A stretch of 64,000 bases of DNA from an uncultured Gemmatimonadales bacterium (GTDB lineage: Bacteria; Gemmatimonadota; Gemmatimonadetes; Gemmatimonadales; GWC2-71-9), in contig CAVYSW010000003.1 in the NCBI GenBank assembly GCA_963771275.1, forward strand, positions 1,024,001-1,088,000, in the 5' to 3' direction. Positions 38,794-48,514 of the stretch are shown in pieces. The notes under the pieces are model-generated. The model was not told the origin of the DNA. It worked only from the letters and a program-made list of their open reading frames with translations, and ran no database searches. Numbering within the stretch: position 1 is the stretch's first letter; each line of letters begins with the position of its first letter. The position numbers and the translations under genes were made by a program.

Positions 38794-40094
38794 GGTCCGC
38801 CGGGACCCTTGTAGACCACGCCGTCCTTCATCACGAAGAACACGCGCTCGAGCTCGCTGACGTCCGCCAGCGGATCGCCCCGCACCGCCACCAGGTCGGC
38901 GAGCGCGTCCGGCGCGATCACGCCGAGTCGACCGGACTGATCGAGCAGCGCGGCCGGCACGGAGGTCGCCGCCTTGATCACGGCCATCGGAGGCATCCCG
39001 TACTCCGCCATCAGGGTCAGCTCCTTCGCCTCGTTGATCGTCCAGGGGAATCCGCCCGCGTCGGTGCCCAGGGCGATCCGCACCCCCTGCTTCACCGCGA
39101 GCTGGAACGCGCGCTTCTCGGCCGCCACCAGCGCCGGCCACACGCCGCCGCGCGGCGTGACGTACACACCGACGAACATCGTGGGACACCAGTAGACGCC
39201 CTGTGCGATCACCCGGTCGATCAGGTCCTCTGTCAGCCCGTCGCCGTGTTCGATCGAGTTGACGCCCGCGCGGAGCGCCGCGTCGATCCCGTCCCACCCG
39301 ATCGCGTGCGCCGCCACGTTCCTGCCCAGGCGGTGGGCTTCCTCCACGATCGCCTTCATCTCCTCGTCGGTGTAGTTCACCCATGAGCGCACGCGCCCGT
39401 CGGGCGCCATGTAGTAGCGCCGGTCGGCGTAGAACTTGATCCAGTCGGCACCATACTTGACCTGTTCGCGGACCGCCTTCCGCAGATCGTCCGGCCCGTC
39501 CGCGATCTGCACACCGCTCGGCATCTGCAGCTCCCACGAGTAGCCCGTCACGGGGTACATGCCCGTCGGCGCGAGCGCCCGGGTCGACACGAACAGGCGC
39601 GGCCCCGGGATCACCCCGCGGTTGATCGCGGTCTTGACGTCCACGTCGGCGTACATCGCGCCTTCGGTTTCCACGTCGCGCAGCGCCGTGAACCCGTTCA
39701 GCAGCGCCGTGCGCACCGCGACCGTGGCGCGGATCGTCCGGTAGGGGGTGCTCTCCTTGAGGATCTGGTCGTCGTAGTCCTCCGACGTGATGTCGCCCTG
39801 CAGCAGGATGTGCGTATGGGCGTCGATCAGCCCCGGGAGCAGCGTCGCGTCGCCCAGGGCGACCTCCATGATCCTGCCCCGGGCACGGCGCCGCAGGTCC
39901 GCCGCCGCACCCACGGCCATGATGCGGTGGCCTTCGACGAGCACCGCCACGTTCTCGCGCGGCGCGTCGGACATGCCGTCGATCAGCCGACGTGCCGTGA
40001 CGAGGTACGAAGTGGGCGGCACAGAATCCTGCGCCGCGACCGGCAGCGGGACGCACGCGGTGGCGGCCATCAGGAGGAACGCACGACCCAGCAT
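38790..40094 (-). CDS. Exported metal-dependent amidohydrolase (Xaa-Pro dipeptidase-like)
   Basis: PGLIDAHTH, GADWIK, AAHA, SIEHG and GTDAG motifs; signal peptide. Confidence 0.92.
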   Translation of the reverse strand: MLGRAFLLMAATACVPLPVAAQDSVPPTSYLVTARRLIDGMSDAPRENVAVLVEGHRIMAVGAAADLRRRARGRIMEVALGDATLLPGLIDAHTHILLQGDITSEDYDDQILKESTPYRTIRATVAVRTALLNGFTALRDVETEGAMYADVDVKTAINRGVIPGPRLFVSTRALAPTGMYPVTGYSWELQMPSGVQIADGPDDLRKAVREQVKYGADWIKFYADRRYYMAPDGRVRSWVNYTDEEMKAIVEEAHRLGRNVAAHAIGWDGIDAALRAGVNSIEHGDGLTEDLIDRVIAQGVYWCPTMFVGVYVTPRGGVWPALVAAEKRAFQLAVKQGVRIALGTDAGGFPWTINEAKELTLMAEYGMPPMAVIKAATSVPAALLDQSGRLGVIAPDALADLVAVRGDPLADVSELERVFFVMKDGVVYKGPGGP

Positions 40095-40174
40095 GGCAGA
40101 CCCTCGGACTTGGAGACGCGCAGATTGTGGCGCCCGGGGCGCGGTCGCGCCAGAGGGCGGGAGGCGGAGATGCT

Positions 40175-40894
40175 TCAGAGCGAAGCGGCCAGCCCGTAGC
40201 GCTCCATCAGGGCCGAGTCCCCCGTGATGGCGGCGAGCGGGGCATCGGCTACGACGTGCCCCTCGTGCAGCACGATCCCGCGCCGGCAGAGTGCCCGGGC
40301 GACCTCGAGGTCGTGCGTCGCCGCGAGCAGCGTCTCCGGACGCGCGCGGAGCAAGCGCACGAGCTGCTGGCGGTGCCGGGCGTCGAGATCCCCGGTCGGC
40401 TCATCCAGGACGAGCAAGGCGGGACGCAGCACGAGCACGGTGGCCAACGCGGCGAGCCGCCGCTCGCCGCCGCTCAGATGGTGGGCTGCGCGATCGTGCG
40501 CGTGGTCGAGCCCGAGCGCCGCCAGGACCGCCCGGGCCTGCGCACCGGCTTCGGCGGGCCCCACCCCATCGTTGAGCAGGCCGAACGCGACGTCCTCCAG
40601 CAGGGTGGGCAGGAACAGCTGGTCGTTGGGGTCCTGAAACACGAGCCCCACGCGGCGGCGCACCGCCCGCACGGCACCGCTGTCGGTCAGCGCCATCCCG
40701 TCGACCCGCACGCTTCCTTCTGCGGGCACCAGCAGGCCATTGAGATGCTGCAGCAGCGTGCTCTTGCCGGAGCCGGTCGGCCCGAGCAGCGCCACCCGCT
40801 CCCCCTGCTCGATGCGGAACGACACCTGCGCGAGCGCGGCGGTGCCGTCCGGGTAGCGGAAACCGAGGCCGGAGACCTCCACCAGGGACGTCAT
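40175..40894 (-). CDS. cbiO: ECF transporter ATPase (CbiO/NikO)
   Basis: Start re-called at MTSLVEV. Motifs GPTGSGKST, FQDPNDQLF, LSGGE and LDEPT. Confidence 0.9.
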   Translation of the reverse strand: MTSLVEVSGLGFRYPDGTAALAQVSFRIEQGERVALLGPTGSGKSTLLQHLNGLLVPAEGSVRVDGMALTDSGAVRAVRRRVGLVFQDPNDQLFLPTLLEDVAFGLLNDGVGPAEAGAQARAVLAALGLDHAHDRAAHHLSGGERRLAALATVLVLRPALLVLDEPTGDLDARHRQQLVRLLRARPETLLAATHDLEVARALCRRGIVLHEGHVVADAPLAAITGDSALMERYGLAASL

Positions 40895-41664
40895 CAGAGC
40901 CCTCCGAGGTGGGCCGCTCCGCTCGTGACCGCCACCAGCGCAACAAGTGCGGCGAGCGCCAGGACGGTCTGCGGGCTCCAGACCCACGCTTGCAGGCTGG
41001 GGAGGTCGCCGCCGTAGCCACGCGCCACCATGGCGCGATGGGTTCGCTCGGCGCGGGCATACGCCCGCCCCAAGACGGCCGCCGACACGCCGATCACCAG
41101 GCGGCGACGCCCCGCATTGCCTCCGCCCGCGTTACGCGAACGGGCGGCCCGCTGCAGCCGCTCGATCTCGTCCACCAGGAGATAGAGCAGCCGGTACGCG
41201 AGTCCCAGGGCGGCCGTCACCACCAGCGGCAGGCGCAGGGTGCGCAGCGCGTGCAGCAGGTCCGGAAAGCTCGTGGTGCTGACCAGCACCACCGCCGAGC
41301 CCAGCGCGACGATCGCGCGTCCAACGACGAACCCGAAGCGGGCGATGCCCTCACGCGTCACCGCAACCGGTCCCACATGAGCGGCGGGCTCGCCCGGCAC
41401 CAGGACGAGCAGGCCGATCGACGCGAGCAGCACGAAGGCGAGTGGTCCCGCCATGCGGGCAAGCAGCCGGCGGAGCGGCAGCCGGGCGATGGCCGCCGCG
41501 GCGAGGACCGGCACCGCGAGGATGGCGAGCGGTCCCCAGGCGCCCTGCGGCAGGGTCGCGGCCCCGGCCGCCACGGCGGCGGCGCCGAGCAGTCGTGCCA
41601 CGGGCGGCGCCGCCGTGATCGGCGACGGCACGGTCGCGTACTGGTCGAGGTGGTGGAAGCTCAC
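40894..41664 (-). CDS. cbiQ: ECF transporter T component (CbiQ/NikQ)
   Basis: Start GTG 41664; 'AYRLL..LVDE..RLQRAARSR' and 'RAERTHRAMVARG'. Confidence 0.88.
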   Translation of the reverse strand: MSFHHLDQYATVPSPITAAPPVARLLGAAAVAAGAATLPQGAWGPLAILAVPVLAAAAIARLPLRRLLARMAGPLAFVLLASIGLLVLVPGEPAAHVGPVAVTREGIARFGFVVGRAIVALGSAVVLVSTTSFPDLLHALRTLRLPLVVTAALGLAYRLLYLLVDEIERLQRAARSRNAGGGNAGRRRLVIGVSAAVLGRAYARAERTHRAMVARGYGGDLPSLQAWVWSPQTVLALAALVALVAVTSGAAHLGGL

Positions 41665-42578
41665 GATCGCCGCCGGGCCGCCAGCCGGCTCACCGCCCAC
41701 GCGAGCAGGAACAGGACCGCCACCCCCACGACGGCAGCCACCCACGGTCCGCCGCGCGGCGCCGCGTATCCGGCGAACGGGGGCGTCACGCTGCTGGTCG
41801 CGCGACCGGTCAGCCCGAACCGCGCCGCCGCTGCCGTCAGCACGTCGGGGCGGGTGGAGGCGAGATACGCGGCGCCCACCGCCACCGCGAGAGCCAGCCC
41901 CAGCGTCACGAGGGCGAACCCCCGGGCCGCACGGCTCGGGGGACCCACGGCCGTCACCAGATCCGGCCGGCTCCGGATCACGAGCGTGAGGATGCTCCCG
42001 GTGAGGATTGCCTCCCCGATCCCCACGAGCACGTGCGCGCCGCCGATCAGCAGCACCGCCGGTCGCAGCGGGACGATGCCGGAAGCTGCCAGCTCCACGG
42101 CGACCGCGACGCCGACCAGCACCGTCGACCCGAAGCCGGCGAGCGCGGCGGCGACGGCGCGTCGCCCGGCGCCGTCCCCCACGAGCGCGAACACCCAGCG
42201 GTAGAGCAGGAAGCCGCCGCCGGCGCCGATCACGGCGAGATTCAGCGTGTTGGCGCCGAGCGCGGCGATGCCGCCGTCCTGAAACAGCAGCGCCTGAATG
42301 AGCACGACCGCGAACAGCACGAGCATGCCCGACCAGGGCCCGACCAGCGTCCCGACCAGCACGCCGCCCAGCAGGTGCGCGCTGGTGCCCGCGCCGAGCG
42401 GGAAGTTGAGCATTTGCGCCGCAAAGACGAAGGCCGTGAGCGCGCCGAGCAGCGGGGCTTCGCGCTCGGCGAGCCGCTGCCGGGAGCGTCTGGCGGCGAC
42501 CGCGAGGAAGACAGCGCTCGCGGCCGCCGTGCCAGCCACGACCGGGGCGCTCAGGAAGCCGTCTGGGATGTGCGCCAT
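41661..42578 (-). CDS. cbiM: ECF Ni/Co transporter S component (CbiM/NikM) with fused NikN/PDGLE-like C-terminus
   Basis: N-terminus MAHIPDGFL; FAAQMLNFP..GTSAHLLG and DGGIAALGAN; C-terminal 'ASTRPDVL' two-TM module. Confidence 0.9.
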   Translation of the reverse strand: MAHIPDGFLSAPVVAGTAAASAVFLAVAARRSRQRLAEREAPLLGALTAFVFAAQMLNFPLGAGTSAHLLGGVLVGTLVGPWSGMLVLFAVVLIQALLFQDGGIAALGANTLNLAVIGAGGGFLLYRWVFALVGDGAGRRAVAAALAGFGSTVLVGVAVAVELAASGIVPLRPAVLLIGGAHVLVGIGEAILTGSILTLVIRSRPDLVTAVGPPSRAARGFALVTLGLALAVAVGAAYLASTRPDVLTAAAARFGLTGRATSSVTPPFAGYAAPRGGPWVAAVVGVAVLFLLAWAVSRLAARRRS

Positions 42579-42703
42579 CGGTGTGCTAGCACGTGGCTTG
42601 GCGCCGGTTGGTGCGGTGGGAGATATCGAGCGCTCGCATCGACGTCAATGGGCGGCATGGTCGGTGGGCGCGTCCGGCGTCGGGGCAGACTCGGGCGGGG
42701 AGA

Positions 42704-42776
<73 letters not shown>

Positions 42777-42823
42777 CGGGGCGGAATAATAGCCGGGGCC
42801 CAGAGCAGGGACCACCCCGAACT

Positions 42824-43291
42824 TCACCTATCCGCCCCGCTCCACGGGCGGTCGTGGCGCGCGATCTCCGCGGCGTCCGGATACTTGCGGCGCACCGCTT
42901 CGAGGATCTCGCGTGCCCGCTCCGGCTCCTTCCGGATCGTCCGGTAGATCTCTGCGAGACGGATCGCCGCCTGGATCTCCACGTGGCGGTCGGCGCCGTG
43001 CGCCAAGTGGCTCTCGAGCAGCCGGATCGTGTCGTCGAGCGTCGGTCGGGTCGCCGCCGGCGCCTCGCCGACACCCTCGGTAAGCACCCGCGCGGCCCAC
43101 GCGCCGCCCGGTCCCAGCACGCGGTCCCACAACAGGTCCCACAGCGTCCACACCAATCCGAAGGCCGCCGCAGCGGCGAGCAGTCGAGGGGACCGAAGGC
43201 CCAGCCCGAGCAGCAGGAAGACCACGGTAGCCGCGGCGAAGACGGCGCGGACGACGATCCCGGGGTTGGTATACCGCTCGAACGCGCTCAT
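42824..43291 (-). CDS. Membrane hypothetical protein with C-terminal TPR-like helices
   Basis: Two TM segments followed by 'AAIRLAEIY..IRKEPERAREILE'. Confidence 0.7.
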   Translation of the reverse strand: MSAFERYTNPGIVVRAVFAAATVVFLLLGLGLRSPRLLAAAAAFGLVWTLWDLLWDRVLGPGGAWAARVLTEGVGEAPAATRPTLDDTIRLLESHLAHGADRHVEIQAAIRLAEIYRTIRKEPERAREILEAVRRKYPDAAEIARHDRPWSGADR

Positions 43292-43380
43292 GGGAGGGCC
43301 TGCGCTCGCGGCGCGGCGGGGGATCGGTTATTTATGGTCTAAATGACCGCGCCGCAACACACCCTGGAACCGCACCGTCC

Positions 43381-44448
43381 GTGCGCGTAGCCATCATTGG
43401 CGGTGGGCTCGCCGGCCTTGCCTGCGCCTTCGATCTCGTCGACGGCGGGGTGGATGTGACCGTGCTGGAGGCGGGCGACCGGTTCGGCGGGCAGGTCCGG
43501 ACGACGCTGGATCGCGGGTTCGTCGTCGAGGAGGGCGCCGACGGGTTCGACCCGATGAGCACGGCGCTCCGCACCCTGATTCGCGACCTCCGGCTGGCGG
43601 ACGACGTGCTCGTGCCGGAGTCGCTCCCGACGCTCCTGCTGGAGCGGGTCAACGGTACGCGCGCGCTCCGACCGGCGCGCGAGGTCCCGGAGGCGGCCGC
43701 ACCGCCCGCCACCCTCCGGGGCGGGATGTTCTCGCTCGTGCGTGGTCTGCTGCGTCGGCTCGAGGGGCGCGCGGACCTGCGCGTCGGCAACGCGGCCGTG
43801 GCGATCAGTCGCGCGGCCGATCATTGGGAGATCCACCCGGAGATCGGACCGTCTCTGAGCGCCGACGCCCTGGTTCTGTCGCTCCCGCCGCGATCGGCCG
43901 CCTGGCTCGTGCATGCGGTGTGTGCTCCCGCAGCCCGCGCCCTGTCGACCCTCGCCGCACGGCCCCTGATCACGGTCTCGCTGGCGTACCACCGCGCGGC
44001 CGTCGTGCACCCGCTCAACGCCGCCGGCTTCGTGGTGCCGCGCCAGCCGAGCGAGGGGGGGCTGGAGCTGTGCTCCTTCGTCACGTCGAACCTTGCCGGC
44101 CGCGCCCCGGCGGACACGGTCCTCGTCCGGGCGGTCCTGCGACCGGCCCGGGGCGAGCTCGTCGCGACGACGGATGAGGGCTGGGCCCACGGCGCGCATG
44201 CCGCGCTGCAGCCGATTCTCGGCCTCGGCGAAGCCCCCCTGGGAGCGTGGGTGGCCCGCTGGACCGACGCGATCCCACTGGTCGACGACCGTTACCGCAT
44301 GCTGGTCAGGGAGGCGGGCGCGGCGCTGCGCGCCACGGGGCTGATCGAGCTCGCCGGCGCGGCCTACGGCGCGTCGGGCCTGACCGGCGCACTCCATACC
44401 GGCACGGCAGCCGCGCGCCGGCTCCGCGCGGCGTTGAGCGAACCATGA
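43381..44448 (+). CDS. FAD-dependent oxidoreductase, HemY/HemG protoporphyrinogen oxidase-like (shortened)
   Basis: GGGLAGL Rossmann motif, 'DRFGGQVRT', 'EEGADGF', 'GFVVP', 'GRAP', 'RW..AIP'. Confidence 0.75.
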   Translation: MRVAIIGGGLAGLACAFDLVDGGVDVTVLEAGDRFGGQVRTTLDRGFVVEEGADGFDPMSTALRTLIRDLRLADDVLVPESLPTLLLERVNGTRALRPAREVPEAAAPPATLRGGMFSLVRGLLRRLEGRADLRVGNAAVAISRAADHWEIHPEIGPSLSADALVLSLPPRSAAWLVHAVCAPAARALSTLAARPLITVSLAYHRAAVVHPLNAAGFVVPRQPSEGGLELCSFVTSNLAGRAPADTVLVRAVLRPARGELVATTDEGWAHGAHAALQPILGLGEAPLGAWVARWTDAIPLVDDRYRMLVREAGAALRATGLIELAGAAYGASGLTGALHTGTAAARRLRAALSEP

Positions 44449-44627
44449 AGAAACCCATGCGCCAGTACGAGGTGGTGCTCGTGAAGCTCGCGGGCCGCAC
44501 GCGACCGGACGAAGAATCGCTCACCGATCTGCTGAACGAGCGCGCCCGGGCCGGGTGGCAGTTTCATACAGTGACGCCGCTCAGCCCCGCCCGGCTACTG
44601 GTCGTGTTCGCCCGCGATACGGCGTAG
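44445..44627 (+). CDS. Small DUF4177-like protein (60 aa)
   Basis: MKKPMRQYEVV...LLNERARAGWQF...VVFAR pattern; ATGA overlap with the upstream gene. Confidence 0.7.
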   Translation: MKKPMRQYEVVLVKLAGRTRPDEESLTDLLNERARAGWQFHTVTPLSPARLLVVFARDTA

Positions 44628-44640
44628 CCTGAACCACCCG

Positions 44641-45198
44641 ATGCCACCAGAGGAAGGCGAGCGGCTCGCCACCGAGCGGGCCTACGTCGGCCGCCTGTTG
44701 CGAGTCGACGTCGACACGGTCCGGATGCCGAACGGGACGCGTCTCGAGCTCGAGATGGTCCGCCACCCGGGTGCCGCGGCGGTGGTCCCGTTGCTCTCGG
44801 GCCCCGACACCGAAGACCCGCAGGTCCTGTTGCTGCGCCAGTATCGCTACGCGGCGGGAGGAATGATCTGGGAGGTCCCGGCTGGAGTGCTCGAGCCGGG
44901 CGAAGAGCCGATCGCCTGTGCGCGGCGCGAGCTGCGCGAGGAAACCGGCGCCGAGGCCGACACCGTCGAGTACCTCACCACCGTGTTCACGACCCCGGGG
45001 TTCACCGACGAGCGAATCCATCTGTTCCTCGCGACCGGCATTCGCGGCGGGCGCCCCACCCCCAACAGCGATGAGCTGATCGAAGTTCGTCCCCAGTTGC
45101 TCTCGCAGACCATGAAGATGATCCGGGACGGCGAGATCACGGACGCCAAGACCATCATTGCGCTGCTGTACGTGGCGGGATTTCGGATGCTGCTATGA
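44641..45198 (+). CDS. NUDIX hydrolase, ADP-ribose pyrophosphatase (NudF-like)
   Basis: HPGA, RQYRY, Nudix box AG.LEPGE....ARRELREETG, TPGF.DE and DAKT. Confidence 0.92.
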   Translation: MPPEEGERLATERAYVGRLLRVDVDTVRMPNGTRLELEMVRHPGAAAVVPLLSGPDTEDPQVLLLRQYRYAAGGMIWEVPAGVLEPGEEPIACARRELREETGAEADTVEYLTTVFTTPGFTDERIHLFLATGIRGGRPTPNSDELIEVRPQLLSQTMKMIRDGEITDAKTIIALLYVAGFRMLL

Positions 45199-45253
45199 GC
45201 CAATCTGTCCCCTCCGGAGGACAACTCGGCACGCGGGATGACACCCGAGCCTC

Positions 45254-45281
45254 GCAACCTTCGTAGGTACCCAAGCATCTA
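45254..45281 (+). promoter_or_regulatory. Putative ECF-sigma (autoregulatory) promoter
   Basis: GCAACC followed by GCATCTA resembles ECF -35 'GAAC' and -10 'CGTCTA' elements; lies upstream of the ECF sigma gene. Confidence 0.45.
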
Positions 45282-45391
45282 GTTCACAAGAAGTTGAGCC
45301 GCGCTTTCGCCAGGCAGGCCAGGCCGGCGACGATCGGTATGGATGTTGCCCTTTTGGGCTACTGACCTCATTGGAGGGCTCTGGAGCCGCC

Positions 45392-46021
45392 ATGTTGACC
45401 GGTACTGCCATGACGCCACGACCGCTCGAGGCGGCGTCGGCTGGCACACAGAACGACTCGAGTGTCGTCGCCGCCTACTTGGCGGGCGATCGGCGATCAT
45501 TCGACGTGCTGGTGGATCGGTACCAACGGCGGCTCCTCAATTTCGTCTACCGCACGATCGGCGACCGCGAGCGGGCGGAAGACCTGGTTCAGGAGGTGTT
45601 CATCCGGGTCCACCGGCATCTGCACCGCTTCGACCAGTCGAAGAAATTCTCGACCTGGATCTACACGATCGCCTCGAACCTGGCCAAGAACGAGCTGCGC
45701 AACCGGAGCCGCAATCCGCTGGTTCTGTTCCAGACGATCAGCAAGAAGGACGGGGAGTCGGACCAGCGGCCGCTGCAGTTCGAGGATCTGCATTCCCGGC
45801 CCGACGACCTGTTCCACAAGCGTCACCTGCGGGAGCTGGTTGAGGGAGCGGTCGCGCAGCTGCCCGAGCATCATCGGATCGTGTTCGTGCTGCGGGAGCT
45901 CGAGGGCAAGACATACGAGGAAATCGCCGAGATCACGGACTGCAACCTCGGCACCGTCAAGAGCCGCCTGAACCGGGCCCGCAACCGCTTCGCCCAGCTC
46001 ATCGCGCCGCTGGTCGACTGA
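45392..46021 (+). CDS. ECF RNA polymerase sigma factor (RpoE-like)
   Basis: AEDLVQEVF, FSTWIYTIA.N and YEEIAE....LGTVKSRLNRAR; SD GGAG before ATG 45392. Confidence 0.93.
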   Translation: MLTGTAMTPRPLEAASAGTQNDSSVVAAYLAGDRRSFDVLVDRYQRRLLNFVYRTIGDRERAEDLVQEVFIRVHRHLHRFDQSKKFSTWIYTIASNLAKNELRNRSRNPLVLFQTISKKDGESDQRPLQFEDLHSRPDDLFHKRHLRELVEGAVAQLPEHHRIVFVLRELEGKTYEEIAEITDCNLGTVKSRLNRARNRFAQLIAPLVD

Positions 46022-46095
46022 CCGGGGCTCCTCCCCTCGGGGAACATCCACGCGGCCCACCGGTAGAAGCAGGCCGATGACCGGTTGCCGCCCCG

Positions 46096-46590
46096 ATGAC
46101 TTGCGCTGAATTCCTGCGTCATTACTCGGAATACCGAGACGGCCAGGTGAGCAACGGACTGCTCCGTGGCCACCTTGAGGCTCACCTGCTGGCGTGTCGC
46201 CGCTGTGGCCGGCTCTTGGCGGCCATGGACCACGGGTTGGCGGCGCTGCGGGGCACCGAGGGCGTCGCGCCGTCATCGGGGTTCCGGGCGGAGCTGGACC
46301 GGCGGTTGCGGGCCGACGTGGCGACGCAGGACGCGGTGATGCCGGCCCACGCCGGGCTTGCGGCCACGTTCCTCGTCGCCGCGGCGGTGGCGCTGCTCCT
46401 GTACGAGGGCCTGTCGCATGCCGATTCCGCCGGGCCGGTGGCGCCGCTCGCGGCCTCACCGTTCCGGGCCCCTCCCCCTCCCGACCAACCGTTGCTCATC
46501 GACGTCACGCTGCCGGCCTTCACCCGCTCCGACCTCACCTTCACGAGCAGCCAGACGTCTCTCGGGTCCTTCGCGGCCTTCGGGCGCTAG
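46096..46590 (+). CDS. zf-HC2 anti-sigma factor
   Basis: MTC...HLLACRRC (Hx3Cx2C), one TM segment, directly after the ECF sigma gene. Confidence 0.85.
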   Translation: MTCAEFLRHYSEYRDGQVSNGLLRGHLEAHLLACRRCGRLLAAMDHGLAALRGTEGVAPSSGFRAELDRRLRADVATQDAVMPAHAGLAATFLVAAAVALLLYEGLSHADSAGPVAPLAASPFRAPPPPDQPLLIDVTLPAFTRSDLTFTSSQTSLGSFAAFGR

Positions 46591-46637
46591 CACCGGTCAC
46601 TTTCACAGGCACCAGGCGGCGGGTAATTTCCGCCGTG

Positions 46638-47690
46638 ATGGCCGGTCTATCTCTCGAGCGCGCGTACGGGGCTCTCAAGCAGGGTACCGTCGGGGGCGTA
46701 TACTATCTCACCGGCGGTGCCGAGATCCTCAAGGACGAGCTGATCGCGGCGATTGCGGACGCCGCGCTGGACCAATCGGCCAGGGACTTCAACCTCGATG
46801 TCCGGTCGGCGGGGGACCTGGACGGCGAGGCGCTCAACGCCTTGGTGGAGACGCCGCCGATGCTCGCCGAGCGCCGCGTCGTGGTGGTGCGCGGGATTGA
46901 CCAGTGGCGCAAGAACGCGAAGGTCTGGGACGTGCTGTACCGCTACGTCGAGCGGCCGTCGCCCACGACCGTTCTGGTCCTCACGCAGGCCGGGGACAGC
47001 GACCCCGACGCACGCATCATTGCGGCGTCGAGCCACCTGGCCCTGACCGGGCTCAAGCCCGACCAGGTGACGCGTTGGGTGGCGCACCGGGCCGCCCGGG
47101 CGGGCGTGACGCTCACCCCCGAGGCGGCGGCGCACCTGACGGCGGCCGTCGGCGGCGACCTGGGGCACCTCGCGGTGGAGCTGGAGAAGCTCGCGGCGGC
47201 GGCCGTGGGGGACGCTCCCGTCACGATCGCCGAGGTGTCGCGCCTCGTAGGGGTGCGGCGCGGCGAGACCGTGCAGGATTGGATGGATGCGATCCTGGCG
47301 CGGGACGCGCGCCGCGCGCTCGATCTGCTCGATGTCGTCCTGCTCCAGCCCGGCATGGGCGGAGTCCAGCTCGTCGGGGCGCTGGGTACGGCGTTCGTGG
47401 GCGTGCGGCTCGCCCGGGCGCTGGCCGATGCCGGAACCCCCTGGCCCCGGGTCGAAGCGGCCGTCTTCGCACAGATCCGCTCGGCCCGGCCGGGACGTCT
47501 CCGGAACTGGAGCGTCGAGGCGGCGGCCTGGACACGCGCCGCCCGGGACTGGTCGGCCGAGCATCTCGCGGCGGCGCTGGCGGCGGCCGCCGCCGCCGAC
47601 CGCCAGCTCAAGTCCACGACGATCACTGACGAACGCGGCATCCTGATATCGATGCTCCTGGCGTTTCCCCTTACGAGGGTGACAGCATGA
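46638..47690 (+). CDS. holA: DNA polymerase III subunit delta
   Basis: YYLTG.., DFNLD, TPPMLAERRVVVV, GGDL..LAVELEKL and D..LKST. Confidence 0.88.
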   Translation: MAGLSLERAYGALKQGTVGGVYYLTGGAEILKDELIAAIADAALDQSARDFNLDVRSAGDLDGEALNALVETPPMLAERRVVVVRGIDQWRKNAKVWDVLYRYVERPSPTTVLVLTQAGDSDPDARIIAASSHLALTGLKPDQVTRWVAHRAARAGVTLTPEAAAHLTAAVGGDLGHLAVELEKLAAAAVGDAPVTIAEVSRLVGVRRGETVQDWMDAILARDARRALDLLDVVLLQPGMGGVQLVGALGTAFVGVRLARALADAGTPWPRVEAAVFAQIRSARPGRLRNWSVEAAAWTRAARDWSAEHLAAALAAAAAADRQLKSTTITDERGILISMLLAFPLTRVTA

Positions 47691-48514
47691 GGCGAGGGCT
47701 CTTCCTGGTTGCGTGCGCGACCGTGTGGGTCGCGCGCCCCAGTGCGGCGCAGACATTTACCGACTCGACATTGGCCCTGGCCATCCGGCTCGTGTCGGAA
47801 GGTCAGAGCGACTCGGCCCGGGCGATCGTGCGTGCGAAGCTGGCGGGCCTTTCACGCACCGATTCACTCTATCCGGAAGCGCTGTTCGCGGCCGGCATGG
47901 TGGGTGGCAGCCTCGACAGCGCGCTCGCCGCGTTTCGCCGGGTGAGTCTCGATTACTCCGAGTCCCGCTGGGCCGACGACGCGTTGCTGCGCATCGCCCA
48001 ACTGAGCTATGCGGCCGGGGACCTCGCCACGGCCGAGCGCGCCGTCGACCGGATCCTGGCCGACTATCCGCTGAGCGACGTGCGCGCCCAGGCGGCCTAC
48101 TGGGCCGGACGAATCCGCATCAAGGAGGGGAAGGGCAACGAAGCCTGCCCGCTGCTGCAGCAAGCCGCGGACGGGGCGGGGGCGGACATCGAGCTGGCGA
48201 ACCGCGCTCGGTACTACCTGCAGAGCTGTCAGGTGCCGGCGGCCCCCACACCGGATACGACCGTCAAGCCCGCGCCGCCGCCAGGCACCATCTACGCCGT
48301 GCAGGTCGCTGCGGTGGCGACGGCGACGGCCGCCGACGAGATGATGCGCACCCTGAACACGGCGGGCTTTCAGCCCCGCGTCGTGCGTGATGCCGACGGG
48401 CTGTTCAAGGTCCGGGTGGGGCGGTACGCCACGCGCGCCGAGGCGCAGCAGCTCCAGGTGGAGATCCGGCGCAAGCTCGGCGGCTCGCCGTTCGTCGTCG
48501 AGGAGCAGCGGTGA
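47687..48514 (+). CDS. Exported TPR + SPOR domain protein
   Basis: Signal peptide, TPRs (YSESRWADDALL), C-terminal SPOR 'YAVQVAA...FKVRVGRY'. Confidence 0.85.
   Translation: MRRGLFLVACATVWVARPSAAQTFTDSTLALAIRLVSEGQSDSARAIVRAKLAGLSRTDSLYPEALFAAGMVGGSLDSALAAFRRVSLDYSESRWADDALLRIAQLSYAAGDLATAERAVDRILADYPLSDVRAQAAYWAGRIRIKEGKGNEACPLLQQAADGAGADIELANRARYYLQSCQVPAAPTPDTTVKPAPPPGTIYAVQVAAVATATAADEMMRTLNTAGFQPRVVRDADGLFKVRVGRYATRAEAQQLQVEIRRKLGGSPFVVEEQR

Noticed and set aside
42600..42703. Prophage or island integrated at tRNA-Phe, or a riboswitch before cbiM
   Set aside because: No integrase, no duplicated tRNA 3' end, no compositional shift and no riboswitch motifs.
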